Source: a virus
Virus record (IMG/VR): IMGVR_UViG_3300028394_002801
Location: 1 to 64,000 of that record
Reading direction: 5' to 3' (one strand)
DNA length: 64,000 nucleotides
The position numbers were made by a program, and so were the translations under genes. Within the stretch, counting starts at the first letter, position 1. Each line of letters begins with the position of its first letter. Positions 51,265 through 61,180 of the stretch are shown here, piece by piece. The notes beneath the pieces are model-generated. The model was not told the DNA's origin, did no database searches, and worked only from the letters and a program-made list of their open reading frames with translations.

Positions 51265-51768
51265 TTAACTTATTTTAAGCCATGCATAATTCACAACTTG
51301 TGATGAACCACTATTATTGGTTATACCAAAATCAAATCTATTTGTAGTAACAGAAGGTGAGACTGAGCTGGCTAAAATAGTACCTTCTGTCCCAATAAAC
51401 TGATTAGGAAGTGAAGTAAAAAATATAGGACTTCCTCCATTAGTATAATACCATGCATATTGCGTACCTACTACGGGTACATTTGGGTTTGATATTACTG
51501 CTTCAGCAATATAACTCAAAATACCATTTGGAATATTTGCAAATACTGAAATAAAATATGATTCATTTGCATCAAGTGTGAGACTAACAGTATTTGCACC
51601 TGTATTTACAGTCCAACTTCCTCTTGTTGGTTCGGGTAGTAATGTACCAGTAAATATTTCTTTTGTAACTTTAAATGTTTCAGTTAACGCACTATTATCC
51701 ATAACAAGAAAAGCGCCTGTAGTATCACCTGTAAATGTTGATAATTGACTTACTTTTTTATTTGCCAT
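51265..51768 (-). CDS. virion fibre/decoration protein, paralog 1 of 3
   Basis: MANKKVSQLSTFTG...; colinear with its neighbours. Confidence 0.6.
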   Translation of the reverse strand: MANKKVSQLSTFTGDTTGAFLVMDNSALTETFKVTKEIFTGTLLPEPTRGSWTVNTGANTVSLTLDANESYFISVFANIPNGILSYIAEAVISNPNVPVVGTQYAWYYTNGGSPIFFTSLPNQFIGTEGTILASSVSPSVTTNRFDFGITNNSGSSQVVNYAWLKIS

Positions 51769-51780
51769 TTTTATTTTATT

Positions 51781-54700
51781 TTATAATCCATATTTCTCTT
51801 TATCTGCGTTATAGTTTTGTAATACTTCAGCATCACTTAATGTTGTGTTGTATAAACGAGTAATGCCAATTCTTCCAGCATAATATTGATTAAGTTCTCC
51901 ACCATTATAACTACCTATGTATAATGGATTAGTTGTATTTAATGTAGTTCCAAAAATATTTGCATTACTTCCCCAAAACGATCCATTTATATATGTTCTA
52001 ATTGTATTAAGTGGGTTGCTAAATACATAAACTAATTGATACCATGTATTAAGTGTTCCATTAAAGTTAGTACCTATAGCAACTCCAGTACTCCCGGGGC
52101 TAAATTGGGCATTATTTCCAGTAGCAGTATTTACCTTAATAGCATAACTCACATCAATATTTGCTCCTCCAGTACGGAATTTTCCAAGTATAACTTTTTG
52201 AGTACCACTACTTGTCTGATAAACCCATGCTTCCATAGTCCAACTTCCACTTCCTGGTTCTAATACTGCATTATCAGCAACACTAATTTGTGATGAAGTT
52301 CCATTATATTCAAAATATGGGTATGTATATGTAATAGCCGACATTTGACCAACTAATCCATTTGGTGATAAATCATTTATTACTGTACTATGTCTATTAT
52401 AAGAATCTAAATTACTTGGGTCAAAGTGTAATACAAGATTGGCTGTTACAGCAGTAATAGCATTAAAAGTAATATTATCACCAGCTTCAGTATTTGCAAA
52501 ATCTAAATCCTCCCAATATAAATAGTTACGATCAGGTACAGTAGGTGTAGGTGTTGGTGTTAGTGTTGGTGTTATTGTTTGAGTTGGTGTTATTGTTGGT
52601 GTTGGTGTTTCTGTTTGAGTTGGTGTTATAGTTTGAGTTGGTGTAATAGTGCTTGTAGGTGTTTCTGTTGGTGTTGGCGTTTCTGTTTGGGTTGGTGTAA
52701 TAGTGCTTGTAGGCGTTTCTGTTTGAGTTGGTGTAATAGTATTAGTTGGTGTTGGTGTTAGTGTTGGTGTTATTGTTTGAGTTGGTGTTATTGTTGGTGT
52801 TGGTGTTTCTGTTTGAGTTGGTGTTTCTGTTTGAGTTGGAGTAATAGTGCTTGTAGGTGTTTCTGTTGGTGTTGGAGTTTCTGTTTGTGTTGGTGTTGGC
52901 GTTTCTGTTTGAGTTGGTGTTTCTGTTGGTGTTGGAGTTTCTGTTTGGGTTGGTGTTATAGTTTGAGTTGGTGTTATAGTTTGAGTTGGTGTTTCTGTTT
53001 GAGTTGGAGTTTCTGTTTGGGTTGGTGTTATAGTTTGAGTTGGTGTTATAGTTTGAGTTGGTGTTTCTGTTGGTGTTGGTGTTTCTGTTGGTGTTGGTGT
53101 TTCTGTTTGGGTTGGTGTTTCTGTTTGGGTTGGTGTTATAGTTTGAGTTGGCGTTTCTGTTGGTGTTGGAGTTTCTGTTTGAGTTGGTGTAATAGTATTA
53201 GTTGGAGTTTCTGTTTGAGTTGGTGTAATAGTATTAGTTGGAGTTTCTGTTGGTGTTGGAGTTTCTGTTTGAGTTGGAGTTTCTGTTGGTGTTGGCGTTT
53301 CTGTTTGAGTTGGTGTAATAGTATTAGTTGGAGTTTCTGTTGGTGTTGGAGTTTCTGTTTGAGTTGGAGTTTCTGTTGGTGTTGGCGTTTCTGTTTGAGT
53401 TGGTGTAATAGTTTGAGTTGGCGTTTCTGTTTGAGTTGGAGTTTCTGTTTGAGTTGGAGTTTCTGTTGGCGTTGGTGTTTCTGTTGGTGTAATAGTGCTG
53501 GTTGGTGTTTCTGTGTTAGTAGGAGTTATAGTTTGAGTTGGTGTTTCTGTTGGTGTTGGCGTTTCTGTTTGAGTTGGTGTAATAGTTTGAGTTGGTGTAA
53601 TAGTTTGAGTTGGTGTTGGAGTTTCTGTTTGAGTTGGTGTAATAGTTTGAGTTGGAGTAATAGTGCTTGTAGGTGTTTCTGTTGGTGTTGGTGTTTCTGT
53701 TTGAGTTGGAGTTTCTGTTTGAGTTGGCGTAATAGTTTGAGTTGGTGTTTTGGTTGGTGTAATAGTGCTGGTTGGTGTAATAGTGCTGGTTGGTGTAATA
53801 GTTTGAGTTGGTGTTTCAGTTGGTGTTGGTGTTTCTGTTTGAGTTGGTGTTATTGTTGGTGTAATAGTGTTTGTAGGTGTTATTGTGTTAGTAGGTGTTA
53901 TTGTGTTAGTAGGTGTTTCTGTTGGTGTTGGCGTTTCTGTTTGGGTTGGAGTTTCTGTTTGAGTTGGAGTAATAGTTTGAGTTGGTGTAATAGTGTTGGT
54001 TGGCGTTTCTGTTGGTGTTGGAGTTTCTGTTTGAGTTGGAGTTTCTGTTGGTGTAATAGTGTTGGTTGGTGTAATAGTGTTGGTTGGTGTAATAGTGTTG
54101 GTAGGAGTAACTGTATTGGTTGGTGTTTCTGTTACTGTTGGTGTAATAGTTTGAGTTGGTGTTTCTGTTTGAGTTGGTGTAATACTGTTAGTAGGAGTTA
54201 TTGTTTGAGTTGGCGATACTGTTGGTGTAATAGTGTTGGTTGGTGTTATAGTGTTGGTTGGTGTGATTGTGTTGGTTGGTGTTTCTGTAACTGTTGGTGT
54301 GATTGTTTTTGTAGGTGTAATTGTCTTGGTAGGCGTAATTGTGTTAGTAGGTGTAATTGTATTGGTTGGTGTTTCTGTTACTGTTGGTGTAATAGTTGGT
54401 GTAATAGTTTTAGTTGGTGTAATAGTTGGTGTAATAGTTGGTGTAATTGACCTAGTTGGAGTAATAGTTGGTGTAATTGTTCTTGTTGGTGTAATAGTGC
54501 TAGTAGGAGTCACAGTTTGAGTTGGCGTTGGTGTTGGTGTTGGATCAACTCCTTCTGGAATAATTAAATCATAAGTTGTAAGGTAACTTGGAATATATAA
54601 ACTATATATTCCACTTATCCTATCTGTTTCAGGTCTTGGCTCAACATCAAAAGGTATAGTCTTCTCACCAAGATTATATGTCACACCATTTTGCAATAAT

Positions 54701-55563
54701 GATACAAATGCTTGCTCTCCATTTAAATTTACACTTGATATTCTTATTCTTATTCTATAAGTCAAATCATTTACTGGAATTGGGTCATTTAATTGTATTT
54801 TTGGTACTGAATTTACCAATTCTGTTTCAAAAACTTGACTAATTCTATTTATTGCAGGTTTAACCTCAAATTCTTTTTCATCAATCAAAAACCCAAGCAT
54901 TGTAAAATCATATGATTGAATATAAAATTTTCTGCTATCTGTGTTAATTTGAGATTCATCTTGAACATTTGTTAATAATATTGGTATATAATGTCCATTT
55001 ATGGTTGTATATGATTGTCTTGATGAGAACTTTTGCAATACTTTTGTATTAAAATTATTCAAATCTCTAATCCTATTTGTGATTATCTTAACACTAAAAT
55101 TAATGTCTATTGGTACTGGTTGTGGAATTGAGTAAATATCTGTGCCATTTCTTTGACCATCCCAAGTTGGCACACTTGCAAAATAAAATGGTTTTCTATC
55201 TGGTATATTATAAAGTGTTGCTGGATTTGATCCATATTTTGTATCATTCATCCTAACCAATGTAACAAATGGTGGGAGCGGATTATTATCTTCATCAATA
55301 AATGTCCATGTTTCTGTATATTGCGACCAGTTCTGTGTGCTAACTATTCTATCTAATGTTTGTATTATTTTTCCTTCTGATGTGATTTCCAAATCATTTT
55401 TAACAAAATCAAGCATCCCCCTATCCAAGTCATCATGTAATAATGATTTTGGCAAATAAGTCCCATCTTTAGTTATATTATCCAATAACTCCTGCCTTCT
55501 TTCAAAGAGGATTTTTTCATTAGCGATATCCAAATCTGTTTTTATATTTTTGGGTAATGGCAT
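51781..55563 (-). CDS. tail terminator/neck-like protein (T4 gp15-like N-terminus) fused to a Thr/Pro stalk and a C-terminal LamG/ConA-like lectin domain
   Basis: N-terminal [14 protein letters not shown]...KFSSRQSY...[15 protein letters not shown]; 668-aa TPTxTx repeat; C-terminal WTMEAWV...WYQLVYV...YING...LYIGS...[18 protein letters not shown]. Confidence 0.65.
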   Translation of the reverse strand: MPLPKNIKTDLDIANEKILFERRQELLDNITKDGTYLPKSLLHDDLDRGMLDFVKNDLEITSEGKIIQTLDRIVSTQNWSQYTETWTFIDEDNNPLPPFVTLVRMNDTKYGSNPATLYNIPDRKPFYFASVPTWDGQRNGTDIYSIPQPVPIDINFSVKIITNRIRDLNNFNTKVLQKFSSRQSYTTINGHYIPILLTNVQDESQINTDSRKFYIQSYDFTMLGFLIDEKEFEVKPAINRISQVFETELVNSVPKIQLNDPIPVNDLTYRIRIRISSVNLNGEQAFVSLLQNGVTYNLGEKTIPFDVEPRPETDRISGIYSLYIPSYLTTYDLIIPEGVDPTPTPTPTQTVTPTSTITPTRTITPTITPTRSITPTITPTITPTKTITPTITPTVTETPTNTITPTNTITPTKTITPTKTITPTVTETPTNTITPTNTITPTNTITPTVSPTQTITPTNSITPTQTETPTQTITPTVTETPTNTVTPTNTITPTNTITPTNTITPTETPTQTETPTPTETPTNTITPTQTITPTQTETPTQTETPTPTETPTNTITPTNTITPTNTITPTITPTQTETPTPTETPTQTITPTSTITPTSTITPTKTPTQTITPTQTETPTQTETPTPTETPTSTITPTQTITPTQTETPTPTQTITPTQTITPTQTETPTPTETPTQTITPTNTETPTSTITPTETPTPTETPTQTETPTQTETPTQTITPTQTETPTPTETPTQTETPTPTETPTNTITPTQTETPTPTETPTQTETPTPTETPTNTITPTQTETPTNTITPTQTETPTPTETPTQTITPTQTETPTQTETPTPTETPTPTETPTQTITPTQTITPTQTETPTQTETPTQTITPTQTITPTQTETPTPTETPTQTETPTPTQTETPTPTETPTSTITPTQTETPTQTETPTPTITPTQTITPTLTPTPTNTITPTQTETPTSTITPTQTETPTPTETPTSTITPTQTITPTQTETPTPTITPTQTITPTLTPTPTPTVPDRNYLYWEDLDFANTEAGDNITFNAITAVTANLVLHFDPSNLDSYNRHSTVINDLSPNGLVGQMSAITYTYPYFEYNGTSSQISVADNAVLEPGSGSWTMEAWVYQTSSGTQKVILGKFRTGGANIDVSYAIKVNTATGNNAQFSPGSTGVAIGTNFNGTLNTWYQLVYVFSNPLNTIRTYINGSFWGSNANIFGTTLNTTNPLYIGSYNGGELNQYYAGRIGITRLYNTTLSDAEVLQNYNADKEKYGL
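52540..54543 (-). repeat. 2004-bp coding minisatellite, mainly 18-bp units encoding TPT(Q/P/N/S/K)T(E/I)
   Basis: read directly from the sequence; includes an exact 90-bp tandem duplication (53221-53310 = 53311-53400). Confidence 0.95.
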
Positions 55564-55564
55564 A

Positions 55565-55738
55565 TTATTTCTTTAATTTAACTTCATTATTATGCCAACA
55601 TTTATGGCATATATAAGGATCATCACCACCTTCTGATAATTTCCAAGACCAACCACAGTTATCACAAATAACTTTCTTTTTTGTTACAATTTCAATAATT
55701 CTATTTAATTGTGTTTCTGTTATATGTAATTTTCTCAT
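55565..55738 (-). CDS. 57-aa zinc-ribbon protein (missing from the ORF track)
   Basis: manual translation [57 protein letters not shown]; ATGA overlap with the upstream gene; fills the gap exactly. Confidence 0.8.
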   Translation of the reverse strand: MRKLHITETQLNRIIEIVTKKKVICDNCGWSWKLSEGGDDPYICHKCWHNNEVKLKK

Positions 55739-56247
55739 AATCCTCTAAATTCATCTTTATTTACAAATGTTGCAACAACTGACCTATAAAATGGTTTATA
55801 ACCTCCATAAGTGTGTTTATTATCCATATTTACAATTCCATCATCAATAACAGAATAATATCTAACCTTATTTTCTGTAACATAATATCCCAAATAATCA
55901 CCTTTCAATAGTTCAACATTAAGGTCATCAAGTTGTTTTTGGTAAAATGAGAATTTCATATTCCCAGGTTCTTTCTGTTCAACTTTGGAATTTCCAAGTT
56001 GCTTTAGTGTTGATTCGGTAATTTGAACAACACCTTTAACTTCAATGGGTGGCATAAAAACAATTCCATCTTTTGGTGCTTCACCATATATATCATCTTT
56101 TATTGTTCTCTTTCTGTCTATTCTATACAATACAACGCTCATATTTAAGTCATCACCCAGATATTCCATTCCCATTTCAATATCCAGATTAAAATCTTCT
56201 TCTCCAAAAAACTTACCAATCCTTGATATTGGAACTAATTTTCCCAT
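55735..56247 (-). CDS. neck / head-closure protein (T4 gp14-like)
   Basis: VVLYRID..T..DDIYGEA...F.PPIE and L.KGDY motifs; first gene of the neck-sheath operon; TATTTATA at 56267-56274. Confidence 0.55.
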   Translation of the reverse strand: MGKLVPISRIGKFFGEEDFNLDIEMGMEYLGDDLNMSVVLYRIDRKRTIKDDIYGEAPKDGIVFMPPIEVKGVVQITESTLKQLGNSKVEQKEPGNMKFSFYQKQLDDLNVELLKGDYLGYYVTENKVRYYSVIDDGIVNMDNKHTYGGYKPFYRSVVATFVNKDEFRGL

Positions 56248-56339
56248 TGTTTTTATTTATAATATATATAAATATATAGGAAGTATTAAATTGATAATTA
56301 GTTTGATTTTTATTATATTTAAAATAATGTAAATTACTT

Positions 56340-59210
56340 ATGGCAAAAAAGAAAATAACAAAAGATGAGGTTTTAGAAATATTGAAATTATATAATGGAA
56401 GTAATAATTATTTGATTAATATTCGTTATCTATATTTAAACAATCCAAATTTTTCATTGACTGATAGTCAGATTGAGTATATTACATCATTTAGTGAAAC
56501 AAAACCAAAGGTTGCAAGAAAATGGGTTGAATTGGATTCTTATTATGCAAAAATGATTGCTGATGATAAGTTATTGGTTAAAATTCCAGAGAAAATGTGG
56601 GTTGAGAAATTATTGGCTGAAAAGGAGAAATCATATCATATTCTTGGTAGATTTTTTGAAAATGATAACTTAAATCTTTATTGGATTCCAAAGGATGCAA
56701 TTGTTGTGGATAAAACAAATAAGAATGTTGTTGTTGATTATGAAAAGTATTCACATAGAATGCCATTTGAACATCAAAAAGAGGCTATTCAAAAGTTGCT
56801 TGAAAATGATAAGTTTATTTTGGCTGATGACATGGGTTTAGGAAAAGGACTTATAAATTCAACACCTATTTATACCCCAACTGGGGTTAAAAAAATATGT
56901 GATTTATCTGTTGGTGATAAAGTAATTGGGTCTAATGGTGAATCTTGTATTGTTACTGGAGTATTCCCCCAACCAAAACAAGAAATATATGAAATTACTT
57001 TTAATGATCATGTTAAAATAAAAACTGATGCTTCACATTTATGGTCAGTATCTTCACCAAATTATAGTAAAAATAGAAAAAATAATAGAATAAAAAAATC
57101 TTTAATTTTATCTACAAAACAAATGTATGAGGGTGGGAAGATAAAAATAAAAGGGAATGGTTATAATAACCAAATGGATTATGAAGTTGAAACTTTTTAT
57201 AAAAGTCCTAATGGTAATAACAAATGGCAAATACCTATTGTGAAACCAATTGAATTTTACAATAATGTAGAGTTACCAATAGACCCTTATTTATTGGGTC
57301 TTTGTTTGGGTGATGGGTATTTTAATAAAAATAATACTTGTGTTATTGGAACACACAAAGATGATTTTGACGAATTGCTTGGGTCTTTTGAACTCAAATC
57401 TATAGGTTTTAATAGAGAACTAAAAGAAGGTAGGATACCTTTTGGTAAAATATTAAATGAACTAGAATTACATAATACTCGCTCACACACCAAATTCATT
57501 CCAGATATATACAAATATTCGTCCATTGAGAACCGCCTTGCTATATTGCAAGGTTTAATGGACACAGATGGTCATTGTATGTTATCCAAAAATGGGTCAT
57601 TTCAGGGGACAGAATTTTCAACAGTTTCTGAAAAATTATGTGATGATGTTGCTGAAATTGTCCATACATTAGGTGGTATTTGTAGAAAACGTTCAAAGCG
57701 TGGTTCATATACTAAAAATGGAGTAAAAGTGGAATGTAGGATTGCATATAGGCTTAATATCAAATTATCTAATGATATGAACCCTTTTAGGTTAAATAGA
57801 AAAGCAACTGCTTATAATCAACCTAAAAAATATTCAGTTGGTAGATATATTAAAAATATTGAGAAAGTGGGGGAAGATTATACAACTTGCATTTCAGTTG
57901 ATGCTGATGATAAATTATATGTTACTGAACATTGCATTGTTACGCATAATACAAGTTCAGCAATTGTTGCTTCAATTGAAGCAAAACCAAGTAAAACTTT
58001 AATTGTTTGCCCAGCAAGTTTAAAACAAAATTGGAAAAGAGAAATTGAAAATTATTCAAACAAAGAAATTTATATTTGTGAGGGAAAAAAATATGAAGAT
58101 TCTGCTGATTATGTAATCATTAATTATGATATCATTAAAAACTTTCATTCATTAAAATCAAAAGAAGAAACAATAATCCAAAAGTCAAAATTTGATTTGG
58201 TTATAATTGATGAATGCCATTATATTAAATCCCCCCAAGCATCGAGAACAAAATTGATAAATGATATTTGCAAAGATATTAATAAAATATGGTTATTGAC
58301 TGGAACGCCATTAACATCAAGACCAATTGATTATTTTAATTTATTATCTTTGGTTGACAGCCCTGTATCAAAAAACTGGATGGCCTATGTTAAAAGATAT
58401 TGTGCAGGATATCAGTTTAATGTTGGAATGAATAAGGTATGGAATGTGAACGGTGCGTCAAATTTGGATGAGTTAAGGGAAAGAACATCCCCATTATTAT
58501 TAAGGCGACTAAAAGAGAATGTATTAGATTTACCAGAAAAAATAATAACACCAATTTATTTGAGATTAAAATCAAAAGAATATGAGGATGTTATGGGGGA
58601 GTATTTTGAATGGGTTAAAAATAATCCAAAAGAATCAAAATCATTGAGCGTTCAATTTACAAAGTTAATGAAGGTTAGACAAATAATTGCGGATGAGAAG
58701 ATTAAGAGTACCATAGAATTTATTGAGAATACATTGGAGCAAGAGAAGAAGATTATTGTTTTCTCAAATTTTACAAACTCATTAAATAAAATATATGAAC
58801 ATTTTAATAAAATTGCGGTTAAATTAGATGGTAGTTCAACAGCAAAACAAAGACATGAGAGTGTTGATGAATTTCAAACAAATGATAAGATAAAGGTTTT
58901 TGTTGGAAACATAAAAGCGGCTGGGGTTGGTATTACATTGACAAGTGCAAATGTTGTTATCTTTAATGATTTATCCTTTGTTCCAGCGGATCATAGTCAA
59001 GCGGAAGATAGGGCATATAGAATTGGACAAAAGAATTCAGTTTCTGTATTATATCCCATATTTGAAAACACCATTGAGGGAATTATATATGATATGTTGG
59101 ATAGAAAGAAAAAGATAATATCAACTATTCTTGGGGATAACTTATTTGAAACTGATACCACAGAAGATATTTTAACCCAGATATTAAATATGAAAATAAA
59201 AACAAAATAA
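56340..59210 (+). CDS. SNF2/SMARCAL1-like helicase with intein
   Basis: ILADDMGLGK/T, VCPASL..NW, IIDECH, LLTGTP, LRRLK, GVGITLT and QAEDRAYRIGQ motifs. Confidence 0.92.
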   Translation: MAKKKITKDEVLEILKLYNGSNNYLINIRYLYLNNPNFSLTDSQIEYITSFSETKPKVARKWVELDSYYAKMIADDKLLVKIPEKMWVEKLLAEKEKSYHILGRFFENDNLNLYWIPKDAIVVDKTNKNVVVDYEKYSHRMPFEHQKEAIQKLLENDKFILADDMGLGKGLINSTPIYTPTGVKKICDLSVGDKVIGSNGESCIVTGVFPQPKQEIYEITFNDHVKIKTDASHLWSVSSPNYSKNRKNNRIKKSLILSTKQMYEGGKIKIKGNGYNNQMDYEVETFYKSPNGNNKWQIPIVKPIEFYNNVELPIDPYLLGLCLGDGYFNKNNTCVIGTHKDDFDELLGSFELKSIGFNRELKEGRIPFGKILNELELHNTRSHTKFIPDIYKYSSIENRLAILQGLMDTDGHCMLSKNGSFQGTEFSTVSEKLCDDVAEIVHTLGGICRKRSKRGSYTKNGVKVECRIAYRLNIKLSNDMNPFRLNRKATAYNQPKKYSVGRYIKNIEKVGEDYTTCISVDADDKLYVTEHCIVTHNTSSAIVASIEAKPSKTLIVCPASLKQNWKREIENYSNKEIYICEGKKYEDSADYVIINYDIIKNFHSLKSKEETIIQKSKFDLVIIDECHYIKSPQASRTKLINDICKDINKIWLLTGTPLTSRPIDYFNLLSLVDSPVSKNWMAYVKRYCAGYQFNVGMNKVWNVNGASNLDELRERTSPLLLRRLKENVLDLPEKIITPIYLRLKSKEYEDVMGEYFEWVKNNPKESKSLSVQFTKLMKVRQIIADEKIKSTIEFIENTLEQEKKIIVFSNFTNSLNKIYEHFNKIAVKLDGSSTAKQRHESVDEFQTNDKIKVFVGNIKAAGVGITLTSANVVIFNDLSFVPADHSQAEDRAYRIGQKNSVSVLYPIFENTIEGIIYDMLDRKKKIISTILGDNLFETDTTEDILTQILNMKIKTK
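56847..57950 (+). mobile_element. class 3 intein (368 aa) with LAGLIDADG homing endonuclease
   Basis: interrupts Walker A GLGK|T; starts GLINSTP and ends VTHN; W-C-T triad (HLW, TTCISV, VTHN); LAGLIDADG motifs YLLGLCLGDG and ILQGLMDTDG. Confidence 0.9.
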
Positions 59211-59212
59211 TA

Positions 59213-59243
59213 TTTGTTTTTTGGTTAAATTATTTTACCTTTG
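59213..59243 (+). promoter_or_regulatory. Bacteroidota sigma-A-type promoter (-33 TTTG / -7 TAnnTTTG)
   Basis: TTTG (59213-59216), 19-nt spacer, TACCTTTG (59236-59243). Confidence 0.75.
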
Positions 59244-59282
59244 CAGAATATTTATTACTTGAAACAAAAAAAAACAAATAAA

Positions 59283-59513
59283 ATGAAATTACACGTAATT
59301 AAAACCTCGGATTTGCAAAATTTTATTGTTGAGAAGCACAGAGAAATTCTCAATGATATGAATTCATTTGAAAAAAATGGTGCAATACTTGCACAGAAAA
59401 TGGAAAACTTAAATTGTAAAATTGAATTGCTTGAAGATTTTACCAAGTTCATTGGTGAGAATGATGGTAGTTTTGTATTTGATAATGAATTTTTTGAAAA
59501 TGAGTGCCATTAG
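59283..59513 (+). CDS. small coiled-coil hypothetical (early) protein
   Basis: 76 aa from ATG 59283, after an A-rich leader and a host-type promoter. Confidence 0.6.
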   Translation: MKLHVIKTSDLQNFIVEKHREILNDMNSFEKNGAILAQKMENLNCKIELLEDFTKFIGENDGSFVFDNEFFENECH

Positions 59514-59519
59514 CACTCA

Positions 59520-59990
59520 TTAAACCATTATGTTTTTATGAACTTTGCAATTTCTTTCCTCTAATTGTGCTTTTATTTCTTTTACTGTATAACGACCTAA
59601 TGGTGAGCCTTTCAACCAAATACTATTTTTAACTTCCATTCCAATAGGAAATTCTTTTATCCCAGTTCTTTGTATAGATAAGGCACCCCCAACATATAGG
59701 TTATCTGGTAAAGATTTTAAATCCCTACAATCATACAAAAGTAAATCATCACCAACTATAAGTTTTTCTGGTAATTCTGTTATTGTTGAAAAACTTAAAT
59801 CTAAGTAGTCAGTGACTTCTAAAATTTTTGGTAATTTAGTTATCAATTCACCATACAACTCTAATGCTCCCTTGTGAAAATACTTTTCAGGTATTGACTC
59901 AATGTCATGCAATAATATCCATTTTAATGATAATTTGTCTTCCTCTGATTTTAGGAAATCCATTATTCTTTTTATTGTTGTTTTATCCAT
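59520..59990 (-). CDS. capped LRR protein 7 (4 repeats, most diverged)
   Basis: MDKTTIKRIMDFL N-cap; 20/21-aa xGxLxLxxxxIxxLPxxLxV repeats. Confidence 0.8.
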   Translation of the reverse strand: MDKTTIKRIMDFLKSEEDKLSLKWILLHDIESIPEKYFHKGALELYGELITKLPKILEVTDYLDLSFSTITELPEKLIVGDDLLLYDCRDLKSLPDNLYVGGALSIQRTGIKEFPIGMEVKNSIWLKGSPLGRYTVKEIKAQLEERNCKVHKNIMV

Positions 59991-60648
59991 TATCTTCTCT
60001 TATTATATCCCCATTTATATAACCATCTGGTTCTATCATACTTAATATGGCTTCATCTGAAATTTTTGCTAATGGGTTATTTTCAATAGATAAATCACCA
60101 TCAACTTGTAAGCCTTTTGGTAATGTGTTTATCATTGTGTGATCTAAATACAAATTCTCCCCAACTTCCAATCCTTCTGGTAATGAGGTTATTTTTGTAT
60201 TGTATAGACTTAAATAGCCACCAACTTTCAAATTGTTAGGTAGTGAAGTCAAGTCTGTACAATAACCCAAATCCAAACCACCATCAACATTTAAGTCTTT
60301 TGGTAATGATTTTATTTTTAAAGCGACTAATTTAAAATCACCACCAACATATAAACCTTTTGGGATTTGTTTTATACTTGTACCTTCCAAATCCAAATCA
60401 CCACCAACATATAAGTTATCTGGTAAATATTTTAAATGTTTACAACTTGATAAATTCAAATTATCCTCCACCTTTAATCCTTCTGGTATGTAAGTTATAT
60501 TTTCTTCAAATAAATCCAAATCACCTTTAATGTTTAATTCATCATCTGTAAATGTTTCATTATTCATTAATTTCCAAACAAATGGTTTATTTTTATTCTC
60601 TTTTTCTTCAAGAAAATCAAATATGTTTTTCAATGTGGTATTATCCAT
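59983..60648 (-). CDS. capped LRR protein 6 (7 repeats)
   Basis: MDNTTLKNIFDFLEEK N-cap; MIEPDGYINGDIIR C-cap. Confidence 0.85.
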   Translation of the reverse strand: MDNTTLKNIFDFLEEKENKNKPFVWKLMNNETFTDDELNIKGDLDLFEENITYIPEGLKVEDNLNLSSCKHLKYLPDNLYVGGDLDLEGTSIKQIPKGLYVGGDFKLVALKIKSLPKDLNVDGGLDLGYCTDLTSLPNNLKVGGYLSLYNTKITSLPEGLEVGENLYLDHTMINTLPKGLQVDGDLSIENNPLAKISDEAILSMIEPDGYINGDIIREDNG

Positions 60649-60650
60649 TA

Positions 60651-61178
60651 TTATCTTATTATATTTCCTTTTATAAATCCTGGCTCAATCATTTTTCTTA
60701 ATTGATCATTTGAATATATTATTAATTCTGTTCCTCTTATATTCAAATCACCACCAACTTTCAATCCTTTTGATAATGATTTTAAATTTTTGCACATTAT
60801 TAAATATAAATTCCTGCCAACATATAATCCTTCTGGTAATGATGTTATTTTTGTATAATCTAAATGCAAATCCTCCCCAACTTTCAATCCTTCTGGTAAT
60901 GAGGTTATTTTTGAAAATGATAAATCCAAACTCCCCCCAACTTTCAATTCTTCTGGTAATGAGGCTATTTTTGAATACTCTAAAATCAAATTACCCCAAA
61001 CTTTTAAACCTTCTGGTAATGAAGTTATTTTTGAATTTCTTAAATATAAATTGCCTTCAAAATTCAAATCTTCTTTTGTTAATGGAATATTATTTGATGC
61101 TTTCCAAATAAAAGGTATTTTATGTTCTCCTTTTTCTTCAAGAAAATCTAATATGTTTTTCAATGTGGTATTATCCAT
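60651..61178 (-). CDS. capped LRR protein 5 (5 repeats)
   Basis: same caps; SLPEGLKV repeats. Confidence 0.85.
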   Translation of the reverse strand: MDNTTLKNILDFLEEKGEHKIPFIWKASNNIPLTKEDLNFEGNLYLRNSKITSLPEGLKVWGNLILEYSKIASLPEELKVGGSLDLSFSKITSLPEGLKVGEDLHLDYTKITSLPEGLYVGRNLYLIMCKNLKSLSKGLKVGGDLNIRGTELIIYSNDQLRKMIEPGFIKGNIIR

Positions 61179-61180
61179 TA

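Noticed and set aside
52517-52524. TATTTATA inside the stalk gene as an internal promoter
   Set aside because: No start codon follows at the usual 11-22 nt spacing, and the 8-mer is expected by chance at this AT content.
52777-54450. 557-aa Cys/Trp-rich plus-strand ORF (also 52579..52761 and 54233..54520)
   Set aside because: These are antisense shadows of the Thr/Pro minisatellite. The frame lacks stops only because of repeat composition, and there is no leader or promoter.
52540-54543. Possible CRISPR array or non-coding repeat
   Set aside because: Units are contiguous 12/18-bp codon-phased repeats with synonymous third-position variation and no unique spacers.
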